NCBI RefSeq assembly: GCF_947568905.1
Contig: NC_079172.1
Location: 70,184,001-70,248,000, forward strand
From: Ostrea edulis
Lineage: Eukaryota
Direction of reading: 5' to 3'
Length of the DNA: 64,000 nt
The notes beneath the pieces are model-generated. The model worked only from the letters and a program-made list of their open reading frames with translations, made no database searches and was not told where the DNA came from. Positions 62,541 to 64,000 of the stretch are shown one piece after another (the first letter of the stretch is position 1; every line of letters starts with the position of its first letter). The position numbers were made by a program, and so were the translations under genes.

Positions 62541-63129
62541 TGTTGTGCTTCCTTGCTTTGTTGTGGTTGGGGACGGAGCTAATGATGCAATATATTTAGA
62601 GATCATCTTAGAAATCAAATGTGCACAACAACGACAAGTAAGGATATCTCTAGCAAACTTGTGAATTGTGTGGTCTTTGGATCCGGCGTTCTAGTGCTGG
62701 AGTTACCAATATGGCCTATTTGGTGAAAATTCATTATTTCTTTAAAAACTTTCTTCTTGTTCATTAAACGAAGTTTCAAGAACTGTCCACTAGTCTGGCA
62801 TTTTCTTGGTGAACAAAGAAAAGGTAAGGGGGGGGGGGGTGTGTGTGTCAGGAAATGGATTTACGTTTTCGTATACGACTATTACAAAAACTCAAGTCGT
62901 ACATCTATTTCAAAATTCAAAATTACCCTGTCTTAAACTCAGATCTCCTTAAAATGCTACGCAAGTTTTAACGAACATTGTTCAATCTACCCACAATATT
63001 GTTTTAATTCAAATTAATAAATTCTATTAGAAACATGGAGTAAATGTTACAAACATGTAATTTTTCTACTTTCATTTCAAGAAAAAACATTGATTAGGAC
63101 ATTACTATACACAACACGTGCGAAGCAGA

Positions 63130-63270
63130 GATGAGTTAAAGTCGTAACAAGTCGCTGCACTTCGTGTCTTCGTAGAGACAAGATACATCGTGTACCTACT
63201 ACCAACTGGCTATGGGGGAAAGTATCATGTTTCAGCTGATGCTATTTCTTTCTGATGACCCCATCGCCAT
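63130..63270 (+). pseudogene. Short disrupted RecQ-like helicase motif I fragment (possibly from an Academ-type transposon)
   Basis: ELKS*QVAALRVFVETRYIVYLLPTGYG, then after a 1-nt shift (E)SIMFQLMLFLSD, resembling LK..Q..A......LPTG.GKS..FQL. Confidence 0.4.
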
Positions 63271-64000
63271 ATCTTTATGAAAAGTAGTGGCATGGTATGG
63301 GGTCCAGGAGGACGAAACCCTCCCAGAACTAAGAATTTCGGTTTGTAATCACGTTGCAAAATTGACACTTTTTCACGTACAATTCATTTTTGAATTCTCT
63401 TCCAGACTGATTCAGAATCTCAAGAACTCTAACGCTAAAAATCAAAGTACTGAAAGTAAATAATCATGTTTTCGTTGTTGAAAAGCGAGAATGACGGATT
63501 ATCGAAATTGCCCAGAAGCAGAGCAGAACATATTTTATGATAGTTGCAACATATTAATGGCAAGCGATCCAAATGGCCGCTCACATAGTGAATTCTAAAC
63601 ATTAAAATAGATAAAAATTCGGGTCTTAATATACGTACAATGGATTCTCGACGTCAAGATAAAACTCTCATAACCCTAACGACATTCCTTTTTATTCCGC
63701 AAAGTCACATCTCGCGGACCTGATATCATGAAAGTACGTGGATTATATCAATTTCACTCCTGTCTTATAATGAGCAATATTGTTTTGAAATGAGTACACC
63801 TTGATCATAGTCGGCGGAAGACAATAGATGCGATGTAACGGTCTATGTTTTGACGTCACAATAGAAATTATGCGGTTGTGGATCTAATTATGGATATTGT
63901 TTTGGGGAGCAAAAATAGAAACCTTAGACTTTTCTGCATATAAAAATAGCATCCGCCCACGTCAAGTTTCGAGTCTTTACTTCTTATACCTCAATCATTG

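Overview
AT-rich animal genomic DNA, most likely from an oyster (Ostreidae), judged from a 166-167 bp Cg170/HindIII-like satellite and typical bivalve Helentron-like elements, SINEs and LINE/PLE remnants. Protein-coding content: a single-coding-exon PGAP4/TMEM246 homologue (-); a 4-exon GOLGA7 (+); an intact B-box/B-box/coiled-coil/NHL TRIM-like gene (+) and its frameshifted inverted paralogue about 19 kb away (-); a RING/coiled-coil/NHL TRIM-like gene between them (-); an intronless aminergic-type class A GPCR (+); and a 3-exon gene that the ORF track largely misses, encoding an N-terminal CBM20 starch-binding domain plus a candidate LIR/AIM motif (STBD1-like, +). The rest is repeats: minisatellites, tiny hairpin MITEs with 8-9 bp TSDs, a tandem array of tRNA-Thr-like units, and degenerate CR1/L2, RTE, L1/Tx1 and Penelope-like fragments. 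No CRISPR array or prokaryotic system is present. I found no unambiguous new biological system. The best leads are the CBM20+LIR gene, the patchy divergence of the TRIM-NHL paralogues, the tRNA-Thr-like array and the ultra-short CACAGGCA elements. All calls come from reading the sequence and recalling motifs, not from database searches, and repeat boundaries are approximate.
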